DNA of 43,470 nucleotides, taken from Catajapyx aquilonaris (taxonomy: Eukaryota). Made by a program: the position numbers and the translations under genes. Numbering within the stretch: position 1 is the first letter of the stretch; every line of letters starts with the position of its first letter. A model generated the notes under the pieces. That model was not told the origin of the DNA. It searched no databases and saw only the letters and a list, made by a program, of their open reading frames with translations. The stretch lies in the NCBI GenBank assembly GCA_000934665.2, contig KZ538912.1, positions 1 to 43,470 of the forward strand, read 5' to 3'. Below are positions 13,001 through 27,042 of the stretch, in pieces.

Positions 13001-14600
13001 TAATGAACGTGGATTTTCATCGAGCACTCCCCCCCCCCCCCCTTTTTTTTTGGGAGGTCCGAGAGTTCGTTTTCGGAGGGTGACCATTTGTTGCACGCTT
13101 TTCCGGGGGGATATAACCTGGCGGACTCTGAGCTGCAACAAGTGGGCAAGTTGGGGGCTGCCAAGAAGCAATTAGAAAGCAAAACAAGGGCTGTGTTGGA
13201 GTCAGTGTTTATCGCAATGACGATACACATCTTTGAACCCAACAGGTGGTCGCGACACGTACTTTCAACACGTGTCTAATGGAATTTTGCAAAAAAAAAA
13301 GAAGTCTTAAATGAACAATTACGTGCGTAAATTGAATTTTTTAATCTCACTCCAGGGGAAGATAGACAGGCGCAATTAGAATAATTATTGCAACGTCGGC
13401 CAGCAAAGCGCGTCTAATCCTCACTGGCAGTGTAGTGAAGAGGAAGAGATTGTTGGGAAAGGTTTGGAAGTTGGAAGGGTGGGTGCAGCTAGGAAAGGGA
13501 AGGGGATTCACATGCGTCATCGGGTCAAGATTTGACAAAGCGCAGGGGAGAATTAATGAAAAAAGGGTAGTCCGTCGGATAATTGAATTAGCGGCTGCAC
13601 TTGTGCACTTGGGTGCGTAGCTCTATCAGGTAGAGAGGGAGCACCAGGGTAATGGAATTACGATGCCTTGGATGTGGCTTCCTTTGTAGGTATGTGCTGC
13701 GATCCCCTACTGGCCCAGGCCTTTCCCCCCTGCACACAGTGTGCATTACAACCACCAAGGATTTAAGAACTGTATGATGCGCACACACAAAAAACAGAGA
13801 CATTTCCTTGTAACTGTAGGGGGTCGAAAGTGGCTGCGATCGACCCATCCGGAGAAGATGGGTCCGGTCAGCGGGGGTAATTAGTTTTGGGGTCGTGTCT
13901 TGTGGGCCAGGTTCTGTTCCGACCTCCAGTTGGCTTCATTGGGCTTGGCAGAGCACCCGCGAGGCCCCTTCTCGTTACTGGGGGTAGAATCTTCGGGGCC
14001 TTCTCTCTCCGGATCCGGCCTCCTAATTAACTTGATAAGTGCATCCAAGTGGAGGGGGAAGAAGAGTTAGCAGCAGACGAGAGAGATTGGAGGATTATGC
14101 TGACCATGAGGAGATGGAGGAGGGAATAACAGGGCCGGGGCGTGTGTATGTGCAGCCCAGTATATATATATATATCCCCGGGAGCACATATGTGTTATTT
14201 ATAATGCTGATACCTAGAGGGAGGCCTTCACTCGCCGTAACTCATTTCCAGAGTGTAACTGGAAGCTAAGCTAAGTGGGCTCATCAGCCTAACCCCCCCT
14301 CTCTCCACGCACACGCGTGCGGTCGGCGAGCAAATTACGCAGTCGCTTCACCCCCGAGGGCCTTTCTTGCCAAGCAACCTTAAACGGAGACTTGGAGACC
14401 CATTAGCGGCAAGAGATGGGCCCTGAAATACAACTCGCACCTTTAGAGCCTTTTCTCCAGTCCTGACGAGCCCGCTGGAGGCCTGCGACTCTGCTGGATA
14501 TGCATAGGACCGCCATCTTAGGCCTCCTTGGTTCACCCTAATCTGATTGGAACCACCTTAGTATGTACACTCTGCAAGAAGAAAATGGCCATCCCATGTG

Positions 14601-14688
14601 AGAGCCACGCCATCTACGTTAGCGTCAGTGGGAGCCACGCCATCTACGTTAGCGTCAGTGGAAGCCACCCCATCTACGTTGGCGTCAT
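14601..14688. repeat. 30-bp tandem repeat x3
   Basis: GAGCCACGCCATCTACGTTAGCGTCAGTGG repeated three times with small changes. Confidence 0.9.
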
Positions 14689-14925
14689 CCGCCATCTTTC
14701 CCTTCTAGAAATAAGTGTATATGAGTCACCCTTTACCCCCTGTAATCAAGGGGGTAGATCAATATCCATCAGAGGAAAACCGGGGGGTTGACTCAAGGTA
14801 TGGGCAAAGTTAGTCTTTAGCTGACTTTAGCTTGGCGGAGTTATGGATTTGGGAGCTGGCAAGCAGCAGATTCCGGCCCGCAGACATCATAACCATCATC
14901 ATCATTGCTGCTGCTGGGAAAGATG

Positions 14926-14990
14926 GTGGTTGGCTGCTTTTGGGGTTGGGTTGGGTTGGTTGGCTTGGGTTGGGTTGGGTTGGTTGGCTT
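14926..14990. repeat. (GGGTT/GGTT)n simple repeat
   Basis: Direct reading; explains spurious LGWVGW-type ORFs. Confidence 0.85.
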
Positions 14991-16794
14991 CGGTCCCCTT
15001 TCAGGCCCAGGCCGCCCCCAACTTTGGTGCGAATCCCCAACAGAGCCTCCTAATGAGAGGGAAACTACTTGCAAAGCCCGCACTCATTGTTTCCAAATTG
15101 GCTTCGACCTTCAGACCTTCTCTGGCAGACTTGAATAAACGCTAACTACATCACCCCAGCAGCCGACTGCTTTGCTGCTGCTGCCTACTCCGCGGTTGCC
15201 ATTAAAACGGCAGTCACCCGGATTATTGCTTTCCTCTTGTGATGTCGTAGCCGACCAGTTTTATGAGCCGTTGACATGTCCCATTCTTTCATAAACGTAC
15301 ATAAACCCAGCTTTTGTGAGACGTGCTTGGAGTAAAAGATCTGTTCGGAGGGCCAGAGTTGTCCAAACCACGCGCATAACCCTATCTCAAGTCAACTACA
15401 GGCACGCAGGAATTCCGACCCAGTCACTTCCCTCAGGATCTCCAAACCTTGTGCATCAAACTTCATTCCAGGCCTCCAGTTTTACGACGCGATTTGGAAA
15501 TTAATTTCTTTTTTCCCCATTCCACCTATTGCCTATTCACTCAATGCTAAATATGTTGGCGGCTGAAGTTTGGTTGTTACCATGCCCTGTGGTGACCTTT
15601 TACTGCGAACATTCTGATGGATATACGCAAAAGACGTATAACCCTAATATAGCATTGGTGGTGGGCGGATAGAAAATAATAACCCGCCAACTCAATTAGA
15701 AGCAGGTAAATCTCACACCTTCGCAGTGTTTTGACGTCAGTGAACGGTTCTATTTTTGTGCCAAGGTCCCCTCTTATTTGTCGAAGCCCTAAATTTTCCA
15801 ATCCGGCGGTGGGTTGAACCGTTCGAACCTGCGTCAACCCGCTGAACCAACGATCGGTCTTCGACACACTCGAGGGAAACTTTGTTTATGGAGCCTTTTC
15901 CGGCAGCTCCAAGCTGTCCCGTGTGACCACTAGAGACGCCTTCTTAATAAGTTCCATTGCGACGCCTCCAGTTTCGACGTCGCTTGGCTGGGGCCGACGC
16001 TCGCAAATAATTCTCTATTAGTGTTGGGAATAGCTGTCGGTCGTCTACAGTATGTACAGGGCGACTCAAAACTGCGGGTACAAAAACTAGTGCAAAAGTC
16101 TGCAGTGCGATGCAACAATGCATGCATATCGACACTGTAAGAGCATTAAGAGGAGTCGGATGCACAGAAAAGGGCGGTCGTAATGGTAGGTTTATGGAGT
16201 TTCTTCGCGCATATGCAGCTTGTATAGTGCACTGGTTTTTTTACAGTCTTTGGTAGTGACCGTTTTTACGAGATGAGAATGAAGAGGGGGAATTTGCATT
16301 CATAGGGTAGCTGGAGGACGAACACGGTGTAATTCGTAAAATGTTCCTGGCTCAATCTTGCTGGCCTCGGAAAAGGGCAGACAGGCATCCAAATAGGTCG
16401 ATTTTGTAATGTTGGGGTTGTCTGTCTATACCCCCGGTTTGGTGTGCAAGCTTGCAACACACTCACGCACATGACTATTCCACAACACAACACACCCGTC
16501 TGCAATGACCTTTCTGAGGAGCTGGGAAACCTTGTTCTTTGCCAATGCCACTTCCGGGATGACCGTCAGTTTCTTGGGAACGAGAAAAAAAAACCACCGA
16601 TACAAAGCCTTGGAGGTGGCGCCGAGTTCACCTTGAGCCGATCTAGGTCTCTGCAAGGTTGTTTTATGATTGCCAATTTGTGCTTTAGGGAAAGAAATCC
16701 GTCCCTGGCAAACTCTACAGGCTTGTAATGCTCTATTAGGCATTCTTGAGGCATGTGCTCAGCATAATGGTCCACCCTAAGGCATACCCTCAAG

Positions 16795-16976
16795 ATGGCT
16801 AGGCCTACACTCACAGGTGGCTAGGCCTAGCCTCAGGCCTAGAGTCAAGATGCTTAGGTCTAGCTTCGAAGGTGCTTAGGCCTAGCCTCATGGTGCCTAG
16901 GCCCAGCCTCAGGCCTACCCTCAACGTCTCGATGTCTTAGGTCTAGCTTCACAGGTGCTTAGGCCCAGCCTCAGGC
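16795..16976. repeat. Degenerate ~20-22-bp tandem repeat (GCTTAGGCCTAGCCTCA..)
   Basis: Recurrent TAGGCCTAGCCTCA/TAGGTCTAGCTTC units containing the palindrome TAGGCCTA. Confidence 0.75.
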
Positions 16977-17460
16977 ATCGTCATGATTCTTGAGCCACTC
17001 TAGGCGGTAACCCTTTAGGCCTAGAGTGTGGATGGGCGACATGGGACTCGTATGCAAATTGGGAAAAGGATTAGTGTTGGAAGCCCCCGGACTCCTCTTC
17101 TTCTTTGGGTTTTTTTTTTTTTGGGGGGGGGGGGAGTCGGAAAAAGGAAGTAAGGAAGAATCGATATCGGAGGGTCGCCCATCATCACTCTTCCCACGCC
17201 GACATCCCACTTTATCTTAGGAGGCAGGGGAGTCGGGGCCAAGGCGTGTTCAAGCCCTGTCGGCACTTCTTTAACAAGTCGGCTCCCCCCAAAAAGATGG
17301 AGGATTCCTCCCTGGGATTAAATCTGGCCCCGATCGGTCAACTATGGTTGCCTGGGGAAAGAGGAAGAGGAGGATTGGACACGGACTTGTGTTTGCATTT
17401 CCAGCTTCTCCGCACTTAGCACAATGGCAGACCAGTTTTTTTTTTCCTTCTCTCTCGCAG

Positions 17461-17513
17461 AGATATAACTTGGAGCCAATCGATTTGAGTCAGGTGGGAC
17501 ATGAGACACCCAG
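17461..17513 (+). CDS. Candidate internal coding exon RYNLEPIDLSQVGHETP (PxDLS CtBP-binding motif), unidentified gene
   Basis: Strong acceptor TTTTTTTTTTCCTTCTCTCTCGCAG at 17460; donors CAG|GTATCC (17513) or CAG|GTGGGA (17493); only one of three frames is open and it encodes PIDLS. Confidence 0.45.
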
Positions 17514-20500
17514 GTATCCGGAGGATGCGAAAGGTGGCAGCATCTTGCAAGAAAAAAAAATTATTGGTTTGATTTAGAGTGAGACCCAGGGGGGCGTTAA
17601 GTGATAGAAATCGCGATCATTTGGGGAGGGGGTGGGTGAGAGTAAAGGCTGGGTCGATGCTAAGGAGATAATCGGATGGAAGGCCGCCCCCCCCCCTTCC
17701 AGACTGCCTCCCCCATGTCTGCCTGCCAATAAAGACGAGCTGCACGAAGAAAAGAGCCAAAGAAGAGGGGTGGGTCATAAATCATGGTACCCAGTTCCCT
17801 TATTCCTTTCAATCATTTCCGAGCAGCCAGTCCTGCACGTCTCTGATTTTTTTCCGGCGAAAGAACACCAGGTCACCCCCCCCCCCCCCCNGGCGCCGGG
17901 GAAGTGACCTCGTACGTTTCTTGGTCCAGCATCTTGCTTGTAATCTAATTGCAACTTGTTATGCATGATGGCAAAACGCAACTGGTTCCCCCCCCCCCTC
18001 TCAGTTGTATCTGAGGGAAATGCAATTCCAAGAATTCATTTAGGGTGCTTTGTATTCCGACCCGGGTCCTCTCTTTTGCCCCATGCATAGTGGAAACGGA
18101 GTGGAAAGTTTCCTTTCCGGAGGTGATGGTTATATCAAAGGAACAGGAAGGTCAGAATCGTGCGGACCTACCCAATTTTTTTAAAACACAAAAATATTTG
18201 GGTCCCCACCGCACAACTTTGCGCTTAAAAATTTGGGTTGGCATTGAATGTGTCACAGCATGGTGAGTGAGTTGTCATGCCGGGTGTCCTTGCATTGTCC
18301 GGATTAGTTCGCGTGTTTTGTATTTCCACGTTTGTACTTGACCTCTACTGGTGATGACGGAAGTGCAATTGATAAATATTGTTTCTCCGCCACGTTACAT
18401 CGCATCGTGTAATCCTTTTTTGTAAAAAAAAAAAAGTAGTTGGCATTGTCCTTTATAAGAAGGTTCCGCCCATAATTACTTATATCTGGATCTGGGTGCT
18501 GACCTTCCTGCAGATTTTGGGTTGGCGCCTGGATGCCAAATGTGCAGGCCTCCCCTTCCCTGACTCGATTGACACCCCGACATGTCTAGTGGGGGGTGGA
18601 ACTGGCGCAAAGAATGATGACAAATGTTGGCCGTCATCAACCAGCGCTAAGTGCTGTTTGCTGGATTAAAATATACGGTATTGCAAAAGGGCGGCCGGAC
18701 ACTTTGCCACTGGGTTTTGCACGGGTTTCAATAGAAGCTTTGCTTGCCAAAAAAAACTTGCAATTTTTTTTGCCTAAAAGATGTAATTACGAGTCCCCTC
18801 CAAAATGCATAATCCGCTCTTAGGACTAATGGCCCCCCAGTCCCGGAAGATGTCCTTCATCATTAATCATCTATCTGCATTTTGAAGGAAACGGCGCCAA
18901 GTTCTCGCGCCTGACTGAACCTGATTCCAAGGCATGTGTGTTTCCGGTAATTTAGAGGTCAAGTTTGTAACTCACTTGCTAGATCTTGGCCGTGACATTT
19001 TGGGTATAAGAATTTTGTGTTGAAGGATTGTTTTCGGCCTTGCAATTTATAATTTTTTTTAAAAAAAAAGTTATGACACTGCAAAAATATTTTGTTCGGA
19101 AACGCCCCGACCTGACTATATGATATTAATTTAATACCATAAGCTTTCTCCTAATAGGATTATTCTCGCCGTCGGATGTTTGTCCGACGTTATCTCTCGC
19201 ACGGTGGCAGGAGTGTGCAGACAGGGTGCGACATCTATGCGTGATGACCACTACTACGTGGTAAATCGGCGGGTCATCTCATTTAATGTTGCTTGATTAT
19301 GTCATACTTTTTATACCAAATTTTTGGCAATGGATTCACTAGTATGTTCAAGGGTCGATCTATAGGTGTGACAATAATGTAGGTCGGGAAGTGTTGAACC
19401 CAGCAGACGACCTCACCTAAAGCAATCAATATTCTCACCATAGTGACACGTGTCGCTCGCATTTCACGTGGCTGGAAAAGCGGTTGGTAAAAAGGGCGTA
19501 ACAACCATTTCTCCTATCCCCCCCTCCCCCTCCCTCTTACGATTAGCAATTCCTTAGTGGATGTAATGGGCACTTAGCCCTCCCTACCTCCCAATGGCCA
19601 CCCTTCAAAGCGAGCCGGGCCAGTTAGTTCCCACAATGCTGCTTACGAATTCATAGAGTAAGAAATTATTAACCCCTTTTCTCCTGTGCTAGACCCCAAC
19701 TAGTATAAGGGGGGTCTCTTACACCTGGCCAAATCGCAGCTACATCTTTTTCCAGGAAATCCACCTAAATTAGGCCCTACTGTCCCGGAAAATTGTGTAT
19801 GCCCGCCCAATTTTTTCGAAGTCCCAAAAATATTGAGCTAGATCAGGCCTCATTAAATGTTGTAAAAAAAATAACTGATTTGTTATAATAAGGCTACATT
19901 GGAACCACATGTTGCACCGCCTTTGGGTCTAGTCAGTTTCAGGTCGAAAGAATATATTTTATTCCTACTTATGCTGCCTTGAGTTATACCCATTTTCGTA
20001 TAGGTGCAATTACCTCCCGATATATCCACTCCCCCACGTCGTGTTTCCATTCTCACGCGAATCGGAGTTTGCTATCAGCGGAAAGGTCTCCATTTAAAGT
20101 GTATCGCTTAAATAATTGAGAGGTCAAAGTACGTAGGCGAGCCTTTTTGGGAGGGAGGCATATACATCACAAAAGGGACGCTTGTTGCATATCGGACTGA
20201 GAGCCATTTGGGGTCTGATTGGGTCGACTTTTTTCCCCTTCTTAATTATTCCTATAGTTGGAACACCCGAACCTATAAGGTGCTGGCCTAGTTATACCCA
20301 TCAAAGTGCAAAATTTGGGCCATAATTTGATTCCGTTTTCTGGTCGTATATACATATCTGCTGATCGGAAATGTTGAGGGCTTATTATGTGCGTAATAAT
20401 GTAGTAACCTCCCCAATTGCCGAACCAGTTTGAATGCTTTTTATTGGCCAGCATTTATTGTTAGAGGACGCTAATTTTTGGGGGCGGGGAAATTTTTTTT

Positions 20501-21320
20501 GGATTGCGTGGAAAATATTATTTGAACTGGAAAAGATTTTAAGTGATTTTTTGTGTTGCATGGGTCGAAATGGTTCACACGAATTCTGGTCGATTGTTGC
20601 ACTGCTTCTGCATACGTCTGGAAAAAAAAACATGTCACAGCAAATATTTTTTTGTAATTTTAATAAATGCCTGCTAATTTTCTTAAATGTTTAACTACTG
20701 GGCCGGAATTATTCTTTAGTGAGGCACGTGCTTACTACTTCGATTAGGATCTGAGCAATTTGGAGTTGGCTCACTTAAGAGGGGCGACAATAGGACCTTA
20801 ATTATGAGTGTCCAGCACCCCCCTCCTCTTGTTCCCTACCATTAAGTGGAGGAATAAATCAAGGATTCACCTCCATATTTTCTCCTCGACGTCGTCGGGC
20901 GTCGGGAGCGTCCGGTGCAAAAATCTCTCTCTAGCTCTCTCTCGACCCTCCCCAGCCCCTCCCTTAGAAAACGTCGCTTCTCCATTCTCCTCCCTTTATA
21001 TCAAGAAGACTGCTGTCATGGCAGTGACTGTGATTCTGCAGTTTGCAACGAAAGCACTTGTGTGCCTCGTAAAACCGGGCCTCCCCGATAAGGATATGGA
21101 GGAGGAGGAGGACAAAAGTTTGGATAGGGCCAAAAGTGCCTAGCAGTGCAAGAAATTTCGACTCTTGTATGCATGGGATTAAACCTATACACAGTCGCTT
21201 TCTGACATGAAGTCACTTTTTTGGCAATGTGCTAAACACACATTCGATAAAAGTGCATTTAGCGTTCTTAATTGCCACACAAAAATAATTAAACACATGT
21301 TTATTTTCCTCTCTTTGCAG

Positions 21321-21369
21321 ATTCAAGACGGTGGAAGTGTGCAGAAGTGTTGAGCAACGAGAGACATGA
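21321..21369 (+). CDS. Candidate terminal coding exon ((R)FKTVEVCRSVEQRET*, or IQDGGSVQKC* with the alternative donor), unidentified gene
   Basis: Strong acceptor TTATTTTCCTCTCTTTGCAG at 21320; phase-compatible with the 17461 exon; followed by ~3 kb of AT-rich, 3'UTR-like sequence. Confidence 0.4.
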
Positions 21370-23807
21370 AAGCGCCGGGAGTTTTATTGTTATTATAATT
21401 ATTATAATTTTTTTCTCTCGTCCTTTTCCTCCCTCCCCATATCCTCTCCATCCCCCCCATTTTCCAAGGGATCCACTGCCTTTTAACGGTGGGCATTGTC
21501 CAAAATGTGTACCCTCCAGCGTCATAAGTCTGTGATGTTTCGAGGGATAAGTGCCATGTTCATTTTTTAGTTATCCCTCCTCCCTTTTTTTCGTTTTATA
21601 TCACCTCCTCCCAATTTTATTATTATTATTATTATTATTCCTTCTCCCAATTTCTCTCTCTCTCTCTTTCTCTCTATCTCTTTCCGAGTGAACGTGTTCT
21701 GTGTAACCCCCCCTGTGATTTAATAGACTCCGCCGCGACTACTCGCCAACATGTTAATTGTGTCCATTTTTCTCTCATTAAGGAAGATATATTATATAAT
21801 TATAAAAAAAAGTGCTTGGCTGCTTGGAACAGTCACCCAAGTGCCCTCTTGGCCTCGTACTATTTACCTTTTTGCTTTGTTTGTTTTATACAAGTATATA
21901 AATATAATGGTAGGCTTACATGTGTAACAAGTTACCTTTCACTCCTTGCCTATAATATAAATATTTCCTTCCCTCCTTATATATTTTTTTTCCTTTTATT
22001 TTTTTCCTCCCCATTTAAAAAAACGGTTTGAGACGAAACAGAGGGTTTTTAAACTTGGTTGTTTTTCTTTTTAAATATAAATTTTCTGCTGTGGTTGGCG
22101 TGCAGAAATTGGCTTTAAAAAAAGGGAACTATTAGCCTTTTTTTGGATAGTGGTGAGAAACAAGAATAGTCAGAAAAATGCGTAGTATAGCGTAACATGT
22201 TCCTTAAAAAGGAGAGATAGTTGTCGGGGAAAAAATAGTTAATTATGCAGGACCTATTTTTCGTAACTTTTAACTCAACTTCGTCCATTTGGGTGGGGAA
22301 AAAAATATAATTATAAATATAGCCCCTCTCTCCCCCTCCCCCGTGTATTTGGTCCAAAAGAGGCACGTTCATTGTTGATCCTCCCCCAACTTCTTACGGA
22401 CAATGATTATTATAGACACTTATAGTATATTATACGTGTACTTTTTTCCTGTCTCTCCCCATTTTTTATATACCCCCCCCCCATTGTTAGTACCACTGGA
22501 TTGTTGGTAAAAAAAGAAACCCCCACCCATTTGTTGCAGTTGCTCTCGGTTTCTTCTCGAATCCTTCAATCATTCAAATCCTCCGAAGTTGTTGTTTCCA
22601 TATTTAACATTGTTGCTCTGTAGAGAGTTTCACGACGTCAATTTTTTGCGGGTAATCAGGGATATATTAATTAATTATTTTAAAAAAAACGGAGCGTGTG
22701 TGATCACAGTTATAATAAGAGATGAAAATATATAGTCAGCAGATTGTGTTTAAAAAAATGTGCGGGTCCATTCCCTCTGTTCTCAATTTTTGTTTAAATT
22801 ACTAAAGCCTTTTTCTCATAACCATCATCATTTTTACTGTACTTAAAATGTGTTGTAACATTCGTGTATTTTTCGGCTGCAACATGTAAAAATGGGCTGA
22901 TTGTATCCGTACTTAACTGTGCTCAATGGCCAAGTGATCTCAAACATTGTTTTTCCGTAAATATTTTTTTGGGGGCGAAATTTTTTTTGCCAAAAATTTT
23001 CGCCAATTCCTATTCCCTTTTACCAAACAAACTGTAAAAAAAATCGAGAGGTCCTACTTCATCTTCATTGGGTAAACACACCGTACGAATTGGAGCTCTC
23101 CAATCGCTAAGTGAGAAAAGTGGTGCAAATTCCGGGTCGATTTTTTTTCTCTCTCCCCCCCCCCCCCCCACNAACAATGCTGAGGACTCGCTGTACCGAG
23201 AGGCTGAGGTGCGATTTGCATGAAAATTGGCGAAAATAATTTACATTCAGTGCGTTAATTTATAAAAGCGGACAAAGTCCACATGAAAGTGCAAGCGAGA
23301 TCAAAAATAGCCGTTGGGCACTGTACTTCTCCCCCCCCCCCCTCTCAATTGGCCCTAGAAACACTGATTACGTATTTATTGTCACACATTTGGGCTCACG
23401 GAACCGTGTGGGTTTGAAACTATAGTACCCGAGAATTAAAAGATAAAGACGAGGCACATGCAAATTCAGCAGGAGAGATTTTTTTTCTTTTGCGAACTCT
23501 TAAAAAATTGAATTGTGATAATCACTTTTTTTTGTAATGGGCCATAAAAATATTTGTACACTTCACAGTATTGCGCTACATTTTTACAAAAGGTCCAGTG
23601 TCCACTGTACGCAAAATTGTCTGCAAAAACTCATTACATATTAAGCACATCCAGAGAATCTGCAAATTTAACAACAGTGGATCATTTTTCAAACACCAAA
23701 AATATGAACCATATATAAGGTTGTGGGATGAATTTCTTTTTTTTTCGCAAAAATATTCATGTACTTGGTTGGTTTGGGTCTTGAGGTCCCCCCCCCCCCC
23801 CCCCCCC

Positions 23808-23939
23808 NNNNNNNNNNNNNNNNNNNNNNNNNNNNNNNNNNNNNNNNNNNNNNNNNNNNNNNNNNNNNNNNNNNNNNNNNNNNNNNNNNNNNNNNNNNNN
23901 NNNNNNNNNNNNNNNNNNNNNNNNNNNNNNNNNNNNNNN
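23808..23939. other. Assembly gap (N run)
   Basis: Ns flanked by poly-C. Confidence 0.99.
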
Positions 23940-25466
23940 CCCCCCCCCCTCTCTCTCCTTTTACCCTCCCCATTTTTTCATCATTAATCATCGCTATTGT
24001 AATGTAGTGCTCATCTTTTTAGCCAAAATAAGGTTTACCCGTGTAAAACTCCAACGTCGCCAAAACACGATATAATAATGCAGTATTTTTACATCCATGT
24101 AAAATCCTGTACGGTTGAAAAAAATCCTGTAAAATATTGTAAATAATATACTGTATATGGCAGAAAAACAACAACAGTGTGATGGAACTATATATATAAG
24201 ATTACAGAATAATTAAAAGAGAGAAAAAAATGGTGATAATGTGAGAAAAAAATATACAGAGAAATACGAGCTGCAGCTGATTTTAAAAAAGAAGAACTTT
24301 GGTTTCCTGGCACTGCCCTGGCATCTCATTCGCCCGTGTACACTCGTGAGTGGATGTATAGTCTATTGTAAGCTCATCATTGTTACAGCCGTGTAATGAT
24401 TTTGGGAAACCCAGTAAAAATGGAAATGCACAAAAGCACACCGCACTGTCTTTCACTCACTTTTTTTTTTACTCCTTCCCTTTCAATTAACCAGCAATTT
24501 TTTAAAATTCATATGGTGCATTGTTGGTTTGAATCATCTGCATTGTTGGTCTTCTTATCCCAACAATCAGACATATGAATATTCTCTGCAAGTAAGTTCC
24601 AACCGTTGAAACTTACTTTTTGAAGTGTTTGCAAGGGGGATGTTGAAAAATAGACAGCTGCAAGTTCCTAATAATAACGATGTTTGTCTGCTGTTCTCGG
24701 GACGGTTTCCCAAAACCCGATTGTTGTCAGAAAGGGTGGAAAACCCGCCCCATTTTTTTTTTTGAATGGCATAATTTTTGGGGAAGGTTTGTGTTGCCTG
24801 CTAGTGGAGGATCCAATGCGTCTGGTTACAATAATTTCAATGGTGCATTTATGGTGTCGTACTGGTGGCGCCGTAAACAAAAGAGCGAATCGACATTTAA
24901 TTGTCCAGAACTGACTCATCCATATATTGGCAACCCCCTGCCACTAGCAAGCTTGCTAGAGTCGATTTTTACGCCCCTCTCCACAGCAGATTCGCGCGCT
25001 GATTAATTTTTTTTTGGGGACAACTGGAAGTGGTCCCAAATGGTCCTAATAGAGTCCGTGTTCATCCAGATGGTGATCCAATCCTGCCACCATATAAGCC
25101 GTCATCTTGCGAAAAAATCTGGGCAGGTGAAACTCCCTCCCCATCCCCCCTTTTCTTTCTCTCCCACCAGAATTTGCATGCAAGCTGTGACTCGGTGCAG
25201 AGGACTTAATCAGTCGATAAAATGAAAGCAGTGAAACTTTCCTATAGGGGGGGGAGGGCATCTTCCTCTCTCTCTCTTTCTACCACCTTCTTCCAAGCCT
25301 CTCCCACTATAGCAAACCCCCTTCATCCTGAGTAAAGCCAAGCAGTCGTCATCTTTCCGATTCCTATCATCTCTATGCCCTGGGTCCATACATATTAATG
25401 CACCTATACCCGAAGCTTCCAACTTTTTCAATTAATGTTTTATGAAGTTTTCTTCCAATTTTTTTT

Positions 25467-26004
<538 letters not shown>

Positions 26005-26214
26005 CCCCCTCATCCTCCCTCCTTCTTTGACCTGGAGGGTGGGGGTGGCAGAAGGGGGATGTGGAAAGATGCAGTTCTGAGGCTGAAAATTACTGCCAAT
26101 ATGTAGATGCACAGATGGGAAGTAAGGAAAAGGGGGACAAGATTAGTCCCTAACTTTCAGAGAGAGAGGGTAGGATCACATTTTAATATATTGCCATCAC
26201 TCTAGTACACTGCC

Positions 26215-26304
<90 letters not shown>

Positions 26305-26305
26305 C

Positions 26306-26338
<33 letters not shown>

Positions 26339-26339
26339 C

Positions 26340-26407
<68 letters not shown>

Positions 26408-26408
26408 C

Positions 26409-26452
<44 letters not shown>

Positions 26453-26476
26453 AATAATAATAATAATAATAATAAT
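26215..26476. repeat. Compound trinucleotide microsatellite (AAT)n/(ATC)n/(AAC)n
   Basis: Direct reading; blocks alternate in register. Confidence 0.97.
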
Positions 26477-26767
26477 GTAGAATTGGCGAGGTGTGACTTT
26501 GTCTCTACACGAGTCGATATAGGTGCATGTAGTTATCACGTGGCAATTAATTAAATTACGAATTATTTAAATATTATTAATATAATAATTGGATATAAAG
26601 GCGTGACTTTTGCCTACACTCTGACTCATCACCTAGGTGCATGTACTGTAGTTACCATAGTTGCAACGTGGGAATATAGAAAGAGGGAGGTTGAACGCCA
26701 TCTGGTTGCGACATAGCGTACTACGTACAAGTGGGAAGCGGGCCTGGCAGTGTTGCCAAATTTTTGT

Positions 26768-26825
<58 letters not shown>

Positions 26826-26862
26826 GACGACGACGACGACGACGACGACGACTTCTACTACT
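26768..26862. repeat. (CTA)n(CGA)n microsatellite
   Basis: Direct reading. Confidence 0.95.
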
Positions 26863-26973
26863 ATAGGCTACTACAACATGTACAACAAAATAACTATAAA
26901 TACTATAACCCTACTATGTAGTACTTTAATAGGCTAATACTAATACTATAATAACAACTACCTGTAATATGAC

Positions 26974-27042
26974 CTAGAAAAACCCGAGCGAAACGAGTGT
27001 TCCTCTAACCGCAGGTATATAGAAAAACCCTCGCTTCGCTCG
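26974..27042. mobile_element. Possible Helitron/Helentron-type terminal fragment
   Basis: Inverted pair CGAGCGAAACGAG (26985-26997) and CTCGCTTCGCTCG (27030-27042), each preceded by TAGAAAAACC. The motif resembles termini of arthropod Helitron-derived elements (recalled, not searched). Confidence 0.4.

Noticed and set aside
17514..17521. GTATCCGG as a second U12 donor
   Set aside because: Lacks the TT of RTATCCTT, and the downstream acceptor has a U2-type polypyrimidine tract.
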